Notes: generated from the sequence alone by a model not told the origin. DNA of 64,000 bases from Anaerolineaceae bacterium (GCA_003598975.1 QZIJ01000131.1:23360-87359), one strand, 5' to 3'; positions 9,998 through 20,077 are shown, numbered from the stretch's first letter. Program-made: numbers and translations.

Positions 9998-10372
9998 TCA
10001 ACCTCCCAGCGCCGTGGTGATGATGACAAAAACTGCCAGCCCATAAATGGGGATGAAGACCGCCCACTCCACCCAAACGGCCTCCCGCAAATGTTCGAGC
10101 AGTTTCGGCCACAGGTCCAGGATGGTGATGCGGAGTCCGTTAATTGCATGAAACAGGACGAAGAAGAAGATCACGATCTGGAATGCCCAGTGCTCATAGA
10201 TGTTGTTGAAAAAACTCCCGATCTCGCCGCCCACAAACGAGGCCAGGATATGGACGGTGATGAAGATCGCCATCCCCAGCCCGCCGAGGCGGTGCAGGAC
10301 GAAGGTCAGCATGGGGCCCTGACCTTTGTATTTCAAACCTGTTGTCAGACTGACATTTCTTTTCAGGCCCAT
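9998..10372 (-). CDS. sdhC: Succinate dehydrogenase cytochrome b subunit
   Basis: LHRLGG...FHAINGLR...D motifs; AAGGAGG RBS. Confidence 0.85.
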   Translation of the reverse strand: MGLKRNVSLTTGLKYKGQGPMLTFVLHRLGGLGMAIFITVHILASFVGGEIGSFFNNIYEHWAFQIVIFFFVLFHAINGLRITILDLWPKLLEHLREAVWVEWAVFIPIYGLAVFVIITTALGG

Positions 10373-10398
10373 CGAGGCCTCCTTACAATTGGGAATTC

Positions 10399-10486
10399 AC
10401 CACAGATGAACACAGATAAAAGGGATTTGGGAGATTCTCTTCAGTTTATCGAAGTAAATCAAGTTCATCCGCGTTTATCTGTGGTT
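10399..10486. repeat. Palindromic repeat of ACAGAT/ATCTGT units
   Basis: ACCACAGATGAACACAGATAAA ... TTCATCCGCGTTTATCTGTGGT. Confidence 0.7.
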
Positions 10487-10710
10487 GAAACGCATTTCAC
10501 ACGCATTAAGGGGAGATGGCCTATTATCTCACCCAACTTTCTCTGAATAAAAGTGACAATACTCATGGGTTATTCGTTTCAGACTTCCTCTAATAAAGAA
10601 GGGATTGAACCGTATAATCCATCGGGTAAAATCGAAGCCAGCCAATTCTAATCGAAACTATACCGTGTTGAGTAGAACAAGTACAGATTTGTTCTACCGT
10701 TGGAGGTAGC

Positions 10711-11205
10711 ATGTCCGAACCCATCAGCCGCAGGGACTTCATGAAAGCCAGCGTCTATTTCGTGGGGGGGATTGTCGGCGCGGCGGTCGGCATCCCTGCT
10801 GTCGGTTATTTGATCGAGCCCGCCCTGGGTGGCGGAGGAAAAGAGGCGTGGATCCCCATCGGAAAAATGGAAGACATGCCCGAGATCGGAAAACCGTACC
10901 CGTTTTCGTTCACCCGCGTCCAGGTTAACGGATGGGAGCGCACCGCCACCAGTAAAGGCGGATTCGTCATCCGCAAGTCGGAAAATCCCGAAGATATCCT
11001 CATCCTGGACAGCCGATGCACGCATCTCGGCTGTACCGTCAACTGGAAGGAGGACGAGCGCGTCTTCCTTTGTCCGTGCCACGACGCGAGTTTCGACGCG
11101 GAGGGAGCGGTGATAGACGGCCCCCCGCCGCGTCCCCTGGACCGACACGCGGAATTCCGCGTCACCGAGGACGGCATCCTCGAAATCTTCTACTCGGAGG
11201 CTTAA
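10711..11205 (+). CDS. Rieske 2Fe-2S subunit of a menaquinol:cytochrome c reductase
   Basis: Tat signal SRRDF; CTHLGC and CPCH; GPPPRPL. Confidence 0.92.
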   Translation: MSEPISRRDFMKASVYFVGGIVGAAVGIPAVGYLIEPALGGGGKEAWIPIGKMEDMPEIGKPYPFSFTRVQVNGWERTATSKGGFVIRKSENPEDILILDSRCTHLGCTVNWKEDERVFLCPCHDASFDAEGAVIDGPPPRPLDRHAEFRVTEDGILEIFYSEA

Positions 11206-11208
11206 GCC

Positions 11209-11868
11209 ATGTGGAAAAAAATCTTCGCCTGGCTGGATGAACGCCTCGGCCTGAACGACCTGCAAAAGAATCTGCTCGAACGCCCCGAACCCAAAGGCAA
11301 CTGGTGGAACACGCTTGGCTCGGCCAGCCTGTTCCTGTTCATTTTGCAGGGCGCGACGGGCATCTTCCTGACGGTTTACTATACCCCCTCGCCCGACCAC
11401 GCCTACGACAGCATCACCTACATCATGAACGATGTGGCCTTCGGTTGGCTGATTCGCGGCATCCATCACTGGGGTGCGACGCTGATGGTGCTGGTGGTCT
11501 TCATCCACATGCTGCGCGTCTTTGTCACCGCTTCGTACAAGTACCCGCGTGAACTGACGTGGATCATCGGCATCGGACTGCTGATTGCCACACTCGGCAT
11601 GGGATTCACGGGCTACCTGCTTCCGTGGAACCAGCGGGCTTTTTGGGCCACCACGGTCGGAACGGAGATCGCGGGCGCGGTGCCGTTCATCGGTGAGTTC
11701 ATCCTGAAAGCCCTGCGCGGCGGTACGGATTTGAGCGCGCTGACCCTGCAACGCTTCTTCTCGGGTCACATCTGGATGCTGCCCCTCGTTCTCGCGGGAC
11801 TGATCGGCGCGCATCTCTATTTGATCATCCGTCACGGCGAATCGCACTGGCCGACGAAGGAAGACTAG
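11209..11868 (+). CDS. Cytochrome b6-type (split cyt b N-terminal) subunit
   Basis: WLDERLG, GWLIRGIHHW, HMLRV, FTGYLLPW, four heme-b His. Confidence 0.93.
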   Translation: MWKKIFAWLDERLGLNDLQKNLLERPEPKGNWWNTLGSASLFLFILQGATGIFLTVYYTPSPDHAYDSITYIMNDVAFGWLIRGIHHWGATLMVLVVFIHMLRVFVTASYKYPRELTWIIGIGLLIATLGMGFTGYLLPWNQRAFWATTVGTEIAGAVPFIGEFILKALRGGTDLSALTLQRFFSGHIWMLPLVLAGLIGAHLYLIIRHGESHWPTKED

Positions 11869-11877
11869 GAGCAGGCC

Positions 11878-13293
11878 ATGAACGAAGACACCAAAAAGAA
11901 AGTCAACGAACGCTATCAGCGTGAACTGAACAAGGGCGAATTCTTCTGGCCCGACAGCATCTTCAAGGATGCCATCGTCGCGCTGGGACTCACCATCCTG
12001 CTGATTCTGCTCGCCACTTTCGTGGGTGTGGCGGGTGAGCCCAAGGCCGACCCGTCGGACACATCCTATGTCCCGCGCCCCGAATGGTATTTCCTCTTCC
12101 TTTTCAAATTCCTCGCACTCTACGGACAGATTCCCGTCATTGGCAAGATCGAATGGCTGGCCGCGGTGCTGGTCCCCAGCATCGGAATCGGACTGATTCT
12201 GTTCCTGCCCTTGCTCGATAAAAATCCTGATCGTCATTACACCAAACGGACGATGTCTCTGGGAGTGATGACCATCCTGGTCGTGGACATTGTCATCCTG
12301 ACGTTGATCTCCAACATCCCCACTGTCGCACCCGACGACGCCACGCTTCTTATCAAACTTTCGGCTTGGCTCCAACCCTACGCGGGACTGGTCATCCCAG
12401 GCGTTGCAATGGCCGCCTTGATTGCTTTGGCGTATTTTGCCAAGAATACCTCGTGGCAGGTAATGGCATGGATCACGGGAATCAGTTCGGTATTGATCAT
12501 CGCCCTGACCGTTGCCATCATGGCCTTTGCGCCCAAAGTGGAAGCCACTGAAACTGAGGTCGCCGAAACCCTCGTGGACCAGATCGTCGCGGGACAGGAT
12601 TTGTATTCCATCCACTGCGTGGAATGTCATGGCGACGACGGCAAGGTGACCGTCATCGAAGGCGTGGAGGGATTGGAAGGCAAGGAAGTCAGTCCCATCA
12701 ACAGCCGCGACGTGCTGTACACCGTCAACGATGCCTCGATGGCTGAGATCATTGCCTACGGACGTCCCGACTCGGGGATGAATCCATTCGGGAAGATGTA
12801 TAACCCCGAAGGTCTGAGCAAGAGCGAGATGGACAACATCGTCATCTTCATGCGTTACACGTGGGATGACCGCTTTGAAGCGCCTCAAATCCCCGAGTTG
12901 TTCCCGCCGCTTGCGGATGGCGAAGTGCCTTCGTATGATGTCCACATTGCGCCTATCGTCAAGCGCTACTGCATCTCCTGTCACCGCGCGGGCAAGGACA
13001 ACAACAACTACCTGATGACCACCTACGAGGAGATTCTGACCACAGGCGATAACGTGGACAGCAACATCATCGCGGGCGACGAGAACTCCTACCTGTTGCA
13101 GGTCATCCAGGAGCACGAGATCCTGGATGAGAACGGTGAGGTCATTATTGGCGTCATGCCACCCAAGAGCGTGCTCAAGCCGAACGTGGTGGATGTCTTC
13201 CTTCGCTGGATCATGAACGGCATGCCGCTCACCGCCGAGGACGCGGCCGCGTTGTTCACGCCGCCCACTCTTGAAGTCACACCGATGCCGTAG
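11878..13293 (+). CDS. Cytochrome b subunit IV fused to a diheme cytochrome c
   Basis: PEWYFL motif; CVECH and CISCH heme-c motifs; extra TM helices. Confidence 0.88.
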   Translation: MNEDTKKKVNERYQRELNKGEFFWPDSIFKDAIVALGLTILLILLATFVGVAGEPKADPSDTSYVPRPEWYFLFLFKFLALYGQIPVIGKIEWLAAVLVPSIGIGLILFLPLLDKNPDRHYTKRTMSLGVMTILVVDIVILTLISNIPTVAPDDATLLIKLSAWLQPYAGLVIPGVAMAALIALAYFAKNTSWQVMAWITGISSVLIIALTVAIMAFAPKVEATETEVAETLVDQIVAGQDLYSIHCVECHGDDGKVTVIEGVEGLEGKEVSPINSRDVLYTVNDASMAEIIAYGRPDSGMNPFGKMYNPEGLSKSEMDNIVIFMRYTWDDRFEAPQIPELFPPLADGEVPSYDVHIAPIVKRYCISCHRAGKDNNNYLMTTYEEILTTGDNVDSNIIAGDENSYLLQVIQEHEILDENGEVIIGVMPPKSVLKPNVVDVFLRWIMNGMPLTAEDAAALFTPPTLEVTPMP

Positions 13294-13312
13294 GAAAACG
13301 AAAAACGTAAAA

Positions 13313-13340
13313 GGCGCTCTCGAAATGAGAGCGCTTTTTT
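13313..13340 (+). terminator. Intrinsic terminator of the Rieske/cyt b operon
   Basis: GGCGCTCTC-GAAAT-GAGAGCGC followed by TTTTTT. Confidence 0.7.
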
Positions 13341-13397
13341 ATCTGTAAAATAAGCAGGTACAATACGCCCATTATCTCAATCGTGAATGGAGAACCC

Positions 13398-13733
13398 ATG
13401 AAAACCCCAAGCGGACTTGAATACATCGAAATCGAAGCAGGCACGAGCACACAGGCTATGGCTGGCAAGACCGTCAGCGTGCATTACACGGGCAAGTTCC
13501 AGGATGGAAAAGTGTTCGATAGTTCCATCTCGCGTGGCGAGCCGATTACTTTCCAACTTGGCGCGGGACGCGTCATCAAAGGCTGGGATGAAGGCATCGC
13601 CCTGATGAAGGTCGGCGGCAAAGCACAACTGGTCATTCCCCCCGATCTGGCCTACGGCGAACGCGGCGCGGGCGGAGTCATCCCGCCGAATGCCACGCTC
13701 GTGTTCGATGTGGAATTGGTTGATGTGAAGTAA
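13398..13733 (+). CDS. FKBP-type peptidyl-prolyl isomerase
   Basis: [34 protein letters not shown]. Confidence 0.95.
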   Translation: MKTPSGLEYIEIEAGTSTQAMAGKTVSVHYTGKFQDGKVFDSSISRGEPITFQLGAGRVIKGWDEGIALMKVGGKAQLVIPPDLAYGERGAGGVIPPNATLVFDVELVDVK

Positions 13734-13738
13734 GACCG

Positions 13739-13810
13739 AACCACAGATGAACACGGATGAAATGGATTTGGATGCATTTCATCAAGGTTTATCTGCGCTC
13801 ATCTGCGGTA
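13739..13810. repeat. Palindromic repeat of ACAGAT/ATCTGC units
   Basis: AACCACAGATGAACACGGATGAA ... TTTATCTGCGCTCATCTGCGGT, near-identical start to 10399. Confidence 0.7.
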
Positions 13811-13825
13811 AATTCCATGTAAACA

Positions 13826-13858
13826 AAAAGTCGGGACTTGCTGAAAGTCCCGACTTTT
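13826..13858. terminator. Bidirectional terminator
   Basis: AAAAGTCGGGACTT-GCTGA-AAGTCCCGACTTTT between convergent genes. Confidence 0.7.
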
Positions 13859-13874
13859 CTGTCTGCGTGATTCT

Positions 13875-14846
13875 TCATACTGTAATAATATTCTTTGCCC
13901 ATTCGCGTTCGGCGCGATACCACTCGACAAGTTTCCCCATCCCCTCGCGTAATCCCACTTGTGGCTGCCATCCGAGCAGTTGACGGGCCTTCGAGACGTC
14001 TGCCCAGTTCTGGAACATGTCTGCCAGATTGGGCGGGCCATGCTTGACTTCGGCCTGTTTGCCCACTACTTCTTCGGTCAACTCGATCAGGTCGTTGATG
14101 GTGATGGTCTCGTGGCCGCCAAGGTTGATGATCTCGTAACCCAGCGGTTTCAAGGCGGCGATGGTACCGCGCGCGATATCGTCCACGAAGGTGAAGCCGC
14201 GAGACTGCTTCCCATCGCCGTTGACCAGCACGGGACGTCCCTCGCTGACCCATTGCACGAAACGAAACATCGCCAGGTCGGGGCGGCCCGCTGGCCCGTA
14301 GACGGTGAAATAGCGGACGACGCTCACGTCTATGCCGTAGAGATAATGATAGGAATGCGCAAGGACTTCCGCTCCCTTTTTGCTGGCCGCGTAGGGCTGG
14401 AGCGGTTCACTGCTCGAGGAGGTTTCAGGTGTGGGGTAGGGCGGATTCGCGCCGTAAATGCTCGAGGTGGACGCCAGCAGGAATTTTTTGCATTCCGTCT
14501 GGCGGCAAAGTTCGAGCATGTTGAGCGTGCCCATCACGTTCGATTCGAGGAAGACCCAGGGGTTGTCCACGCTGAAGCGGACGCCCGCGCGGGCGGCGAG
14601 GTTGATGACCGCGTCGAAACGGCGACCCGCCAGACGGTCCAGCACGGAGCGCTCCGAGATGTCCGCGCGGACAAAGTCGAATCCATCCAATGCCTGAAGT
14701 TGTTTGAGTCGGAAGTCCTTGATGCGGACATCGTACGCGTCGTTCAAGTTGTCCACGCCAACGACGGTGTGACCCTGCTCGATGAGCATATGCGAAGTTC
14801 GCGCGCCGATAAATCCTGCCGCGCCAGTGACCAGATAATTTGACAT
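13875..14846 (-). CDS. NAD-dependent nucleotide-sugar epimerase (UDP-glucuronate 4-epimerase-like)
   Basis: TGAAGFIG, LAARAGVR, ASTSSIYG, YAASK, FTVYGPAGRPD. Confidence 0.9.
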   Translation of the reverse strand: MSNYLVTGAAGFIGARTSHMLIEQGHTVVGVDNLNDAYDVRIKDFRLKQLQALDGFDFVRADISERSVLDRLAGRRFDAVINLAARAGVRFSVDNPWVFLESNVMGTLNMLELCRQTECKKFLLASTSSIYGANPPYPTPETSSSSEPLQPYAASKKGAEVLAHSYHYLYGIDVSVVRYFTVYGPAGRPDLAMFRFVQWVSEGRPVLVNGDGKQSRGFTFVDDIARGTIAALKPLGYEIINLGGHETITINDLIELTEEVVGKQAEVKHGPPNLADMFQNWADVSKARQLLGWQPQVGLREGMGKLVEWYRAEREWAKNIITV

Positions 14847-16168
14847 TACAGCCTCACCACTTTTTCATTGCCCTTCGCGATCCTGCCCGTCGCGTTACGC
14901 GTGTCGAAGACGAACTTCGCCTCTTGGATGATCGCGGCGTAATCGTAGGCTTTGTGGTTGGTGACGATCACCACCGCGTCCGCCTCTTTAACGGCTTTCA
15001 TCATATCTTTGACGCTATCCATCTGCCAGCCGTCATATTCGTGATGGATGTGCGGAATGTATGGATCGTGATAGTCTACCTGCGCGCCCTTTTTCTTCAG
15101 CAGGCCGATCACATCCAGAGCGGGGGATTCGCGCACATCGTCAATGTCAGGCTTGTAGGCCGCGCCGAGAACGAGTACGCGGCATCCCTGTAGCGGCCTG
15201 CCGCGGTCGTTCATCGCTTCGAGCAGGCGACTGACTACGTAACGCGGCATGTTGGTGTTGATCTCGTCCGCCAGTCCAATGAAGCGCGCGTTGTAATTGA
15301 GGGCTTTCATCTTCCACGAGAGATAAAGCGGATCAATGGGGATGCAATGCCCACCCAGCCCAGGCCCGGGTGTGAACTTCATGAAGCCAAAGGGCTTGGT
15401 GGCCGCGGCGTCTATCACTTCCCACACGTCCACGCCGAGACGTTCGCACATGATCGCCAGTTCGTTGACGAGGCCGATGTTGATCATGCGGAAGGTGTTC
15501 TCCAGCAGTTTCGCCATTTCCGCCGCTTCCGCGGAGGAGACGTGGTGAACCGTTTTGATGGCGCCTTCATACCAGGCGGTTGCCACTTCGCCACAAGCCT
15601 CGGTGATGCCGCCCATCACTTTGGGTGTGTTGATGGTGGTGTAATCCTCGCGGCCCGGGTCCACGCGCTCGGGCGAGAATGCCAGGAACCAGTCCTTGCC
15701 GACCGTCAGTCCATGCTCGGCACCGAGTTTCGGCAGGAGAACTTCCCGCGTCGTGCCTGGATAGGTGGTGGACTCCAACACGATGACCATGCCTTTGTGC
15801 ATGTACTTCGATAGTTCCTCCGTCGCGGCCATGATGAACGACATGTCGGGGTCGCCCGTCTTGCGCAGCGGAGTCGGCACGCAGATGCTGACGGCATCCA
15901 TGTCCTTCAGCACGGAGAAATCCGTTGTGGCCTTCAAGTGTCCCGATTTGACAAGTTTCGCAACCGCCTCGGTCTTCACGTCGGGGATGTACGACTCGCT
16001 CTTGTTGAGCAAATCCACTTTGCGCGTGTCGGGGTCAATGCCTGTCACTTTGAATCCTGCCTCGCCGAACACAACCGCCAGCGGTAAACCGACATAGCCG
16101 AGTCCCAGAATGGCGATCTCGGCGGATTTGTCTTGCAGTTTTTTGATGAGGGTGTCTTTAGTGGTCAT
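14846..16168 (-). CDS. Nucleotide sugar dehydrogenase (UDP-N-acetylhexosamine 6-dehydrogenase type)
   Basis: GLGYVGLP, ICVPTP, ESTTYPG, SPERVDPG, GGHCIPID. Confidence 0.92.
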   Translation of the reverse strand: MTTKDTLIKKLQDKSAEIAILGLGYVGLPLAVVFGEAGFKVTGIDPDTRKVDLLNKSESYIPDVKTEAVAKLVKSGHLKATTDFSVLKDMDAVSICVPTPLRKTGDPDMSFIMAATEELSKYMHKGMVIVLESTTYPGTTREVLLPKLGAEHGLTVGKDWFLAFSPERVDPGREDYTTINTPKVMGGITEACGEVATAWYEGAIKTVHHVSSAEAAEMAKLLENTFRMINIGLVNELAIMCERLGVDVWEVIDAAATKPFGFMKFTPGPGLGGHCIPIDPLYLSWKMKALNYNARFIGLADEINTNMPRYVVSRLLEAMNDRGRPLQGCRVLVLGAAYKPDIDDVRESPALDVIGLLKKKGAQVDYHDPYIPHIHHEYDGWQMDSVKDMMKAVKEADAVVIVTNHKAYDYAAIIQEAKFVFDTRNATGRIAKGNEKVVRL

Positions 16169-16175
16169 TTTTTCT

Positions 16176-16226
16176 CCCACTCACCCCTGCGACCTCTCCC
16201 ATTGGGAGAAAGGACGGGGGTGAGGG
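16176..16226. repeat. CTCACCCC/GGGGTGAG cruciform repeat
   Basis: CTCACCCC...CTCTCCC-ATT-GGGAGA...GGGGTGAG. Confidence 0.6.
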
Positions 16227-16233
16227 CGTAAAA

Positions 16234-16869
16234 TTAAAACATACTCAACTGCTTCGGCTCTTCTTTTGGTTCTTCTTTCACCGCGACAGACGCAGACCTT
16301 GCCAACTCTTTCCGCGCCACATCCAGCAATTGCGGCAATTTGGCAAAATCGGCCAGGATGGTGGTCTTAAGTTGCGGCTGATGCAAAGCCGCGGCGGGAT
16401 GGAACATGGCAATCACAAACCGATTCCCGATCTTTCGCATCTGTCCGTGTATCTGGCTGATCTTCGCACCCGGCATGAACTTGCCCATCGAGAAACGTCC
16501 GAGCGTGACGATGATGCTCGGGTTGAGTGCCTCGATCTGGCGTTCCAGATAAACATTGCAGGCCGCCAGTTCCTCGGGCATCGGGTCGCGGTTTTCGGGC
16601 GGACGGCACTTGACGACGTTCCCAATCCACACGTCGGAACGCGTCACGCCCGCCTGCGCCAGCAACTGGTCGAGGAATTGACCTGCCGCGCCCACGAACG
16701 GACGTCCCTGCTCATTTTCGTTCATGCCCGGCCCCTCGCCGATGAACATGATCTCGCTGTTGGCGGGTCCCTCGCCTGGCACAGACTTCTTGCGCGTCTT
16801 GTGCAAAACACAACTCGTGCAGACCGAGACCTCGTCCGCGATCTGTTTCAACGTTTCTTCCGCACTCAT
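16234..16869 (-). CDS. Uracil-DNA glycosylase family 4
   Basis: CxxC, GEGPG, GRPFVG, VKCRPP, HPAA. Confidence 0.92.
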   Translation of the reverse strand: MSAEETLKQIADEVSVCTSCVLHKTRKKSVPGEGPANSEIMFIGEGPGMNENEQGRPFVGAAGQFLDQLLAQAGVTRSDVWIGNVVKCRPPENRDPMPEELAACNVYLERQIEALNPSIIVTLGRFSMGKFMPGAKISQIHGQMRKIGNRFVIAMFHPAAALHQPQLKTTILADFAKLPQLLDVARKELARSASVAVKEEPKEEPKQLSMF

Positions 16870-17336
16870 TCCACCTCCGCGAATTTCAAACCTTCCAGAT
16901 TTTCCATCGTCATCAGCACCGCGTCCTCGCCGTTGTCGCGATAATACATTGGGCGGCGCCCCACTTCGATAAAACCGATGTCGCAATAGATTTTCTGCGC
17001 GATCACATGCCGTGCGCGCACTTCCAGCAATGCCTTCTTTGCCCCCTCCTCGCGCGCCGACACCAGCGATTTGACCAGCATCTTCTTCGCGAACCCGCGC
17101 CGCCGAAATTTGGGATGCGTGGCAATCGTGGCGATGTGCGCCTCGTCCACGATCACCCACAGCACCAGCATCGAAGCCAATTGTCTGTCTACCGTAGTCA
17201 CCCAACAGCGTGAGGCCGAATTTTCCGTCACCTCGTATTTGAAGGAACGCTCCGTCCACGGCAGCGTGAACGAACTGCGGTCTATTTCCACAACTGCGGG
17301 AATATCCTCCACTGTCATCCTTCGAATCTCGATCAT
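16866..17336 (-). CDS. rimI: Ribosomal-protein-alanine N-acetyltransferase
   Basis: EAHIATIA, RRRG, LEVR, RPMYY...EDA; follows tsaB. Confidence 0.88.
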   Translation of the reverse strand: MIEIRRMTVEDIPAVVEIDRSSFTLPWTERSFKYEVTENSASRCWVTTVDRQLASMLVLWVIVDEAHIATIATHPKFRRRGFAKKMLVKSLVSAREEGAKKALLEVRARHVIAQKIYCDIGFIEVGRRPMYYRDNGEDAVLMTMENLEGLKFAEVE

Positions 17337-17998
17337 GGCGGGCCTCCTTCGACGTGCAGATAAATGGGCGCGAGCGACGCGGTCTCGTCCACATGGCCGG
17401 CCTGCCAGCGGTTCCACGCCAGTTCAGCCAATAAAGCGGGACGCCGCACCGACTGCGCGGGCGACGCCAGCAAAATATTCTTTCGCTTGCGCGACAATCG
17501 TTGACGTTCCTCCGCGGTCAACTCGCCGACCACCAGCGTGGGATGATGGATGGACTCCGCGAGTTTGTCTGTCGTCGTCGCTTCGATCTGACCCTCGGCC
17601 GTCCACCCGTTTTCGGAGGCTTTGTACCAGCCGATGGCGATCCGTCCGCGCCCAGCCTGGATGACAGCCGCCAGCGGAATCTCCTGCACGGGCACGGCCG
17701 CCGCGACTGCGTCCAGTGTGGGGATGCCAATCAGCGGCAGATGACGCGCGAGGGCGAGTCCCTTCACGAAGGCCAATCCCACGCGCAGGCTGGTGAATGA
17801 GCCCGGGCCGAGGGCCACCGCCAAAGCGGAGAGGCCGCCCATTGTCAGCCCGACGCGACTCAAAAGTCCAGAAAGAGCCGGGGCCAGTTCCACGGTGTGG
17901 CGCGCGCGCGAAGTCCAGGTCAATTCCGCCGCGACGGTCGCGCCGTCATACAGTGCGAGTCCCAACTGGGCAGTGGAAGTATCAACTGCGAGAAGCAT
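17333..17998 (-). CDS. tsaB: tRNA t6A biosynthesis protein TsaB
   Basis: LAVDTST, GPGSFTSLRVG, PIYL. Confidence 0.93.
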   Translation of the reverse strand: MLLAVDTSTAQLGLALYDGATVAAELTWTSRARHTVELAPALSGLLSRVGLTMGGLSALAVALGPGSFTSLRVGLAFVKGLALARHLPLIGIPTLDAVAAAVPVQEIPLAAVIQAGRGRIAIGWYKASENGWTAEGQIEATTTDKLAESIHHPTLVVGELTAEERQRLSRKRKNILLASPAQSVRRPALLAELAWNRWQAGHVDETASLAPIYLHVEGGPP

Positions 17999-18495
17999 CA
18001 CGCAACTCCAAACATGGATTGGCGCAATTCGGATACGAGCGCGTCGTAGCGTTTGCCGTGCGCCACGACGCGCATCTGACGATGCTCCTCGCTAACGTGT
18101 TCGAGCGAGATCCACAAATTTTCGCGCGGCAGAATCTTTTGCAGGCGCTCCGCCCATTCGATGAGGAGCGGGCCTGCGTTGAGCATGGTGACGAGGTCGA
18201 GTTCCTCGCCCTCGGGTGCAGAGTCGACGCGGTAGGCGTCCATGTGGAAGAATTGTGTATTGTCCGCGCGGCGGTAGACGTTGACCAGAACGAACGTGGG
18301 ACTCGAAACCAAATCGAGCGCGCCCCATCCCTGCGCCATGCCCTGCACGAGCGTGGTTTTGCCTGCTCCGAGATCACCCTGTAAACAGATGAGATCGCCC
18401 GCCTGCAACAACCCACCCAGACGTATTCCGATGCGCCGCGTCTGTTCGGGGCTTTTGCTCACGAAGTCGAGGGTGTGTTCATCGAGGATGGGCAT
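17998..18495 (-). CDS. tsaE: tRNA t6A biosynthesis ATPase TsaE
   Basis: GDLGAGKT, SPTF, HMDAYR, IEW. Confidence 0.95.
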   Translation of the reverse strand: MPILDEHTLDFVSKSPEQTRRIGIRLGGLLQAGDLICLQGDLGAGKTTLVQGMAQGWGALDLVSSPTFVLVNVYRRADNTQFFHMDAYRVDSAPEGEELDLVTMLNAGPLLIEWAERLQKILPRENLWISLEHVSEEHRQMRVVAHGKRYDALVSELRQSMFGVA

Positions 18496-18534
18496 GGGCG
18501 GAATTATACCCCTTTGGGAATTTCGTATCGTAAA

Positions 18535-18603
18535 CGTAGGGGCAACCTACTTGTCTGCCCTAGGCGAACACAAAACGGGCGAACACACAGGTTCGCCCCT
18601 ACG
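18535..18603. repeat. GTAG-type REP doublet (REPIN)
   Basis: GTAGGGGCAACC...GCCC and GGGCGAAC...GGTTCGCCCCTAC inverted pair. Confidence 0.75.
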
Positions 18604-19741
18604 TGATTACCGGTTCCGCACGAAGCCCCACCTGCGAGCCGATAAAGCGCGCCACCAGCCGCGCCGATTCGGGACGCGCCGCCGCCAGGCAATTCGCGGC
18701 GAAGAGTTCGCGTTCCTCGGGATTTTGTAGCCATTTTTCGAGTGTCCGCACCACGCGGTCGGAGCGCGGCGCCCAAACGCCCACGCGTTCCTTTTGGACG
18801 AAGGTGACATTGCCGTCCTCCTGCCCGGGCAGGCGCGCGTTCAAAATGATGGGAAGCCCCGCGATGAGCGCCTCGGCAATCGTCCCCGGGCCAGCCTTGG
18901 TGATGACCACGTCGGCGGCGCGCATGAAATCGGGCAGGTCGCGCGTGAAACCGTAAATGTGCGCGGGGATTTTCCACTTGTGCGCGTCGAGTTTCGCTTT
19001 CAGGCGTTCGTTCCGTCCCGCCACGACGACCAGCCCGAGGTCCAGCCCCGACGCGTCGATGGCTTCGGCGTTCGCGAAGATTGGCCCCATCCCGTCCCCT
19101 CCGCCGATGAGCAGGACGATCATCTTGTCCTGCGACCAGCCCAGTTTTTCACGCAGGGCGTGTTTATCGCCAGGAGGCGCGCAATAACGGTCCGAGACGG
19201 GTTGTCCGACCACGAAAACTTTTTCGGGCGGCATGTGATTAGCGATGGCGCGCTCGCGCGCGTATTCGGTGGGGACGAGAATCAGGTCGGCGCGGTTGTC
19301 GAACCAGAGCGCGTGCGTTGTGACGGGGTCAGTGATGACCGAGATAAAGCGGCGATCGCGGTTCCTTCCCAACGCCCACAGACCGACCGAGTTGGCCGCC
19401 AGATGCGTTGTGACGATCACGTCGCTGGGATGATTCTTGAGCAGTTTCTTTGCGGCGGGTGTCGCGTAGGGACGGAACGCGCTCGTGATCATGCGCGCCC
19501 GCGTCCGTCCGTCGGTGGCGTAAAACCCCGCTCCCCATAATTGCGGCGCTTTGACCATCTGCGGATAGAGTTCGGGCATTTTGTTGAACGGGATGGGCGC
19601 GTATTCTTTGAAGAAGTCTACCATTTCGGTGGTGACGGAATCGCCGAACTCGAGTCCGAGCGCTTCGATGATGGCTTCGCTCGCGGAGCGATGACCTCCT
19701 CCCGTATCGGAAAAGAGGACGAGAACGTGAGGCTTTTTCAT
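18599..19741 (-). CDS. MGDG synthase / UgtP-like glycosyltransferase (GT28)
   Basis: DTGGGH, GGGDG, ITKAGPGT, GQEDGN. Confidence 0.9.
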   Translation of the reverse strand: MKKPHVLVLFSDTGGGHRSASEAIIEALGLEFGDSVTTEMVDFFKEYAPIPFNKMPELYPQMVKAPQLWGAGFYATDGRTRARMITSAFRPYATPAAKKLLKNHPSDVIVTTHLAANSVGLWALGRNRDRRFISVITDPVTTHALWFDNRADLILVPTEYARERAIANHMPPEKVFVVGQPVSDRYCAPPGDKHALREKLGWSQDKMIVLLIGGGDGMGPIFANAEAIDASGLDLGLVVVAGRNERLKAKLDAHKWKIPAHIYGFTRDLPDFMRAADVVITKAGPGTIAEALIAGLPIILNARLPGQEDGNVTFVQKERVGVWAPRSDRVVRTLEKWLQNPEERELFAANCLAAARPESARLVARFIGSQVGLRAEPVIT

Positions 19742-19965
19742 GACTTGGGATTCGCTTCTTTTTCTGGACCTTCGGTCGGGTTCGCGTGGACGATGGACTT
19801 GGCGCGGCGCATCAATTCGCGGCGCGTCAGCATGACGCGGCGTCCGCACCCGAGGCATTCCAGCCCGATGTCCGCGCCGAGACGCGTCACCCTCCATTCG
19901 GACGATCCGCACGGATGCAATTTCCTCATGCGGACGGTGTCTTTGAGTTGCAGGTCTGGAAGCAT
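19738..19965 (-). CDS. DUF951 family protein
   Basis: RKLHPCG...RLGADIGLECLGCGR. Confidence 0.88.
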   Translation of the reverse strand: MLPDLQLKDTVRMRKLHPCGSSEWRVTRLGADIGLECLGCGRRVMLTRRELMRRAKSIVHANPTEGPEKEANPKS

Positions 19966-20077
19966 GAGGAGATTATACCCGCCCCGAAATGTTTATACTG
20001 CACTCGGTCAAAAATTGCGCTTTTTTAGAAGGCGGAAAGCACAATTTTTGACCGTGAGTATTCTATGATAAACTACG

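Noticed and set aside
10552-10570. Possible Rex/CRP-like site GTGA-N6-TCAT in the sdh-Rieske spacer
   Set aside because: Only a partial match; cannot be separated from chance without phylogenetic footprinting.
10648-13116. 822-aa minus-strand ORF
   Set aside because: Antisense shadow of the Rieske/cyt b/cyt c genes with no recognisable motifs; expected in GC-rich DNA. The same applies to the other long antisense ORFs (e.g. 24074-25135, 56183-57277, 62357-63418).
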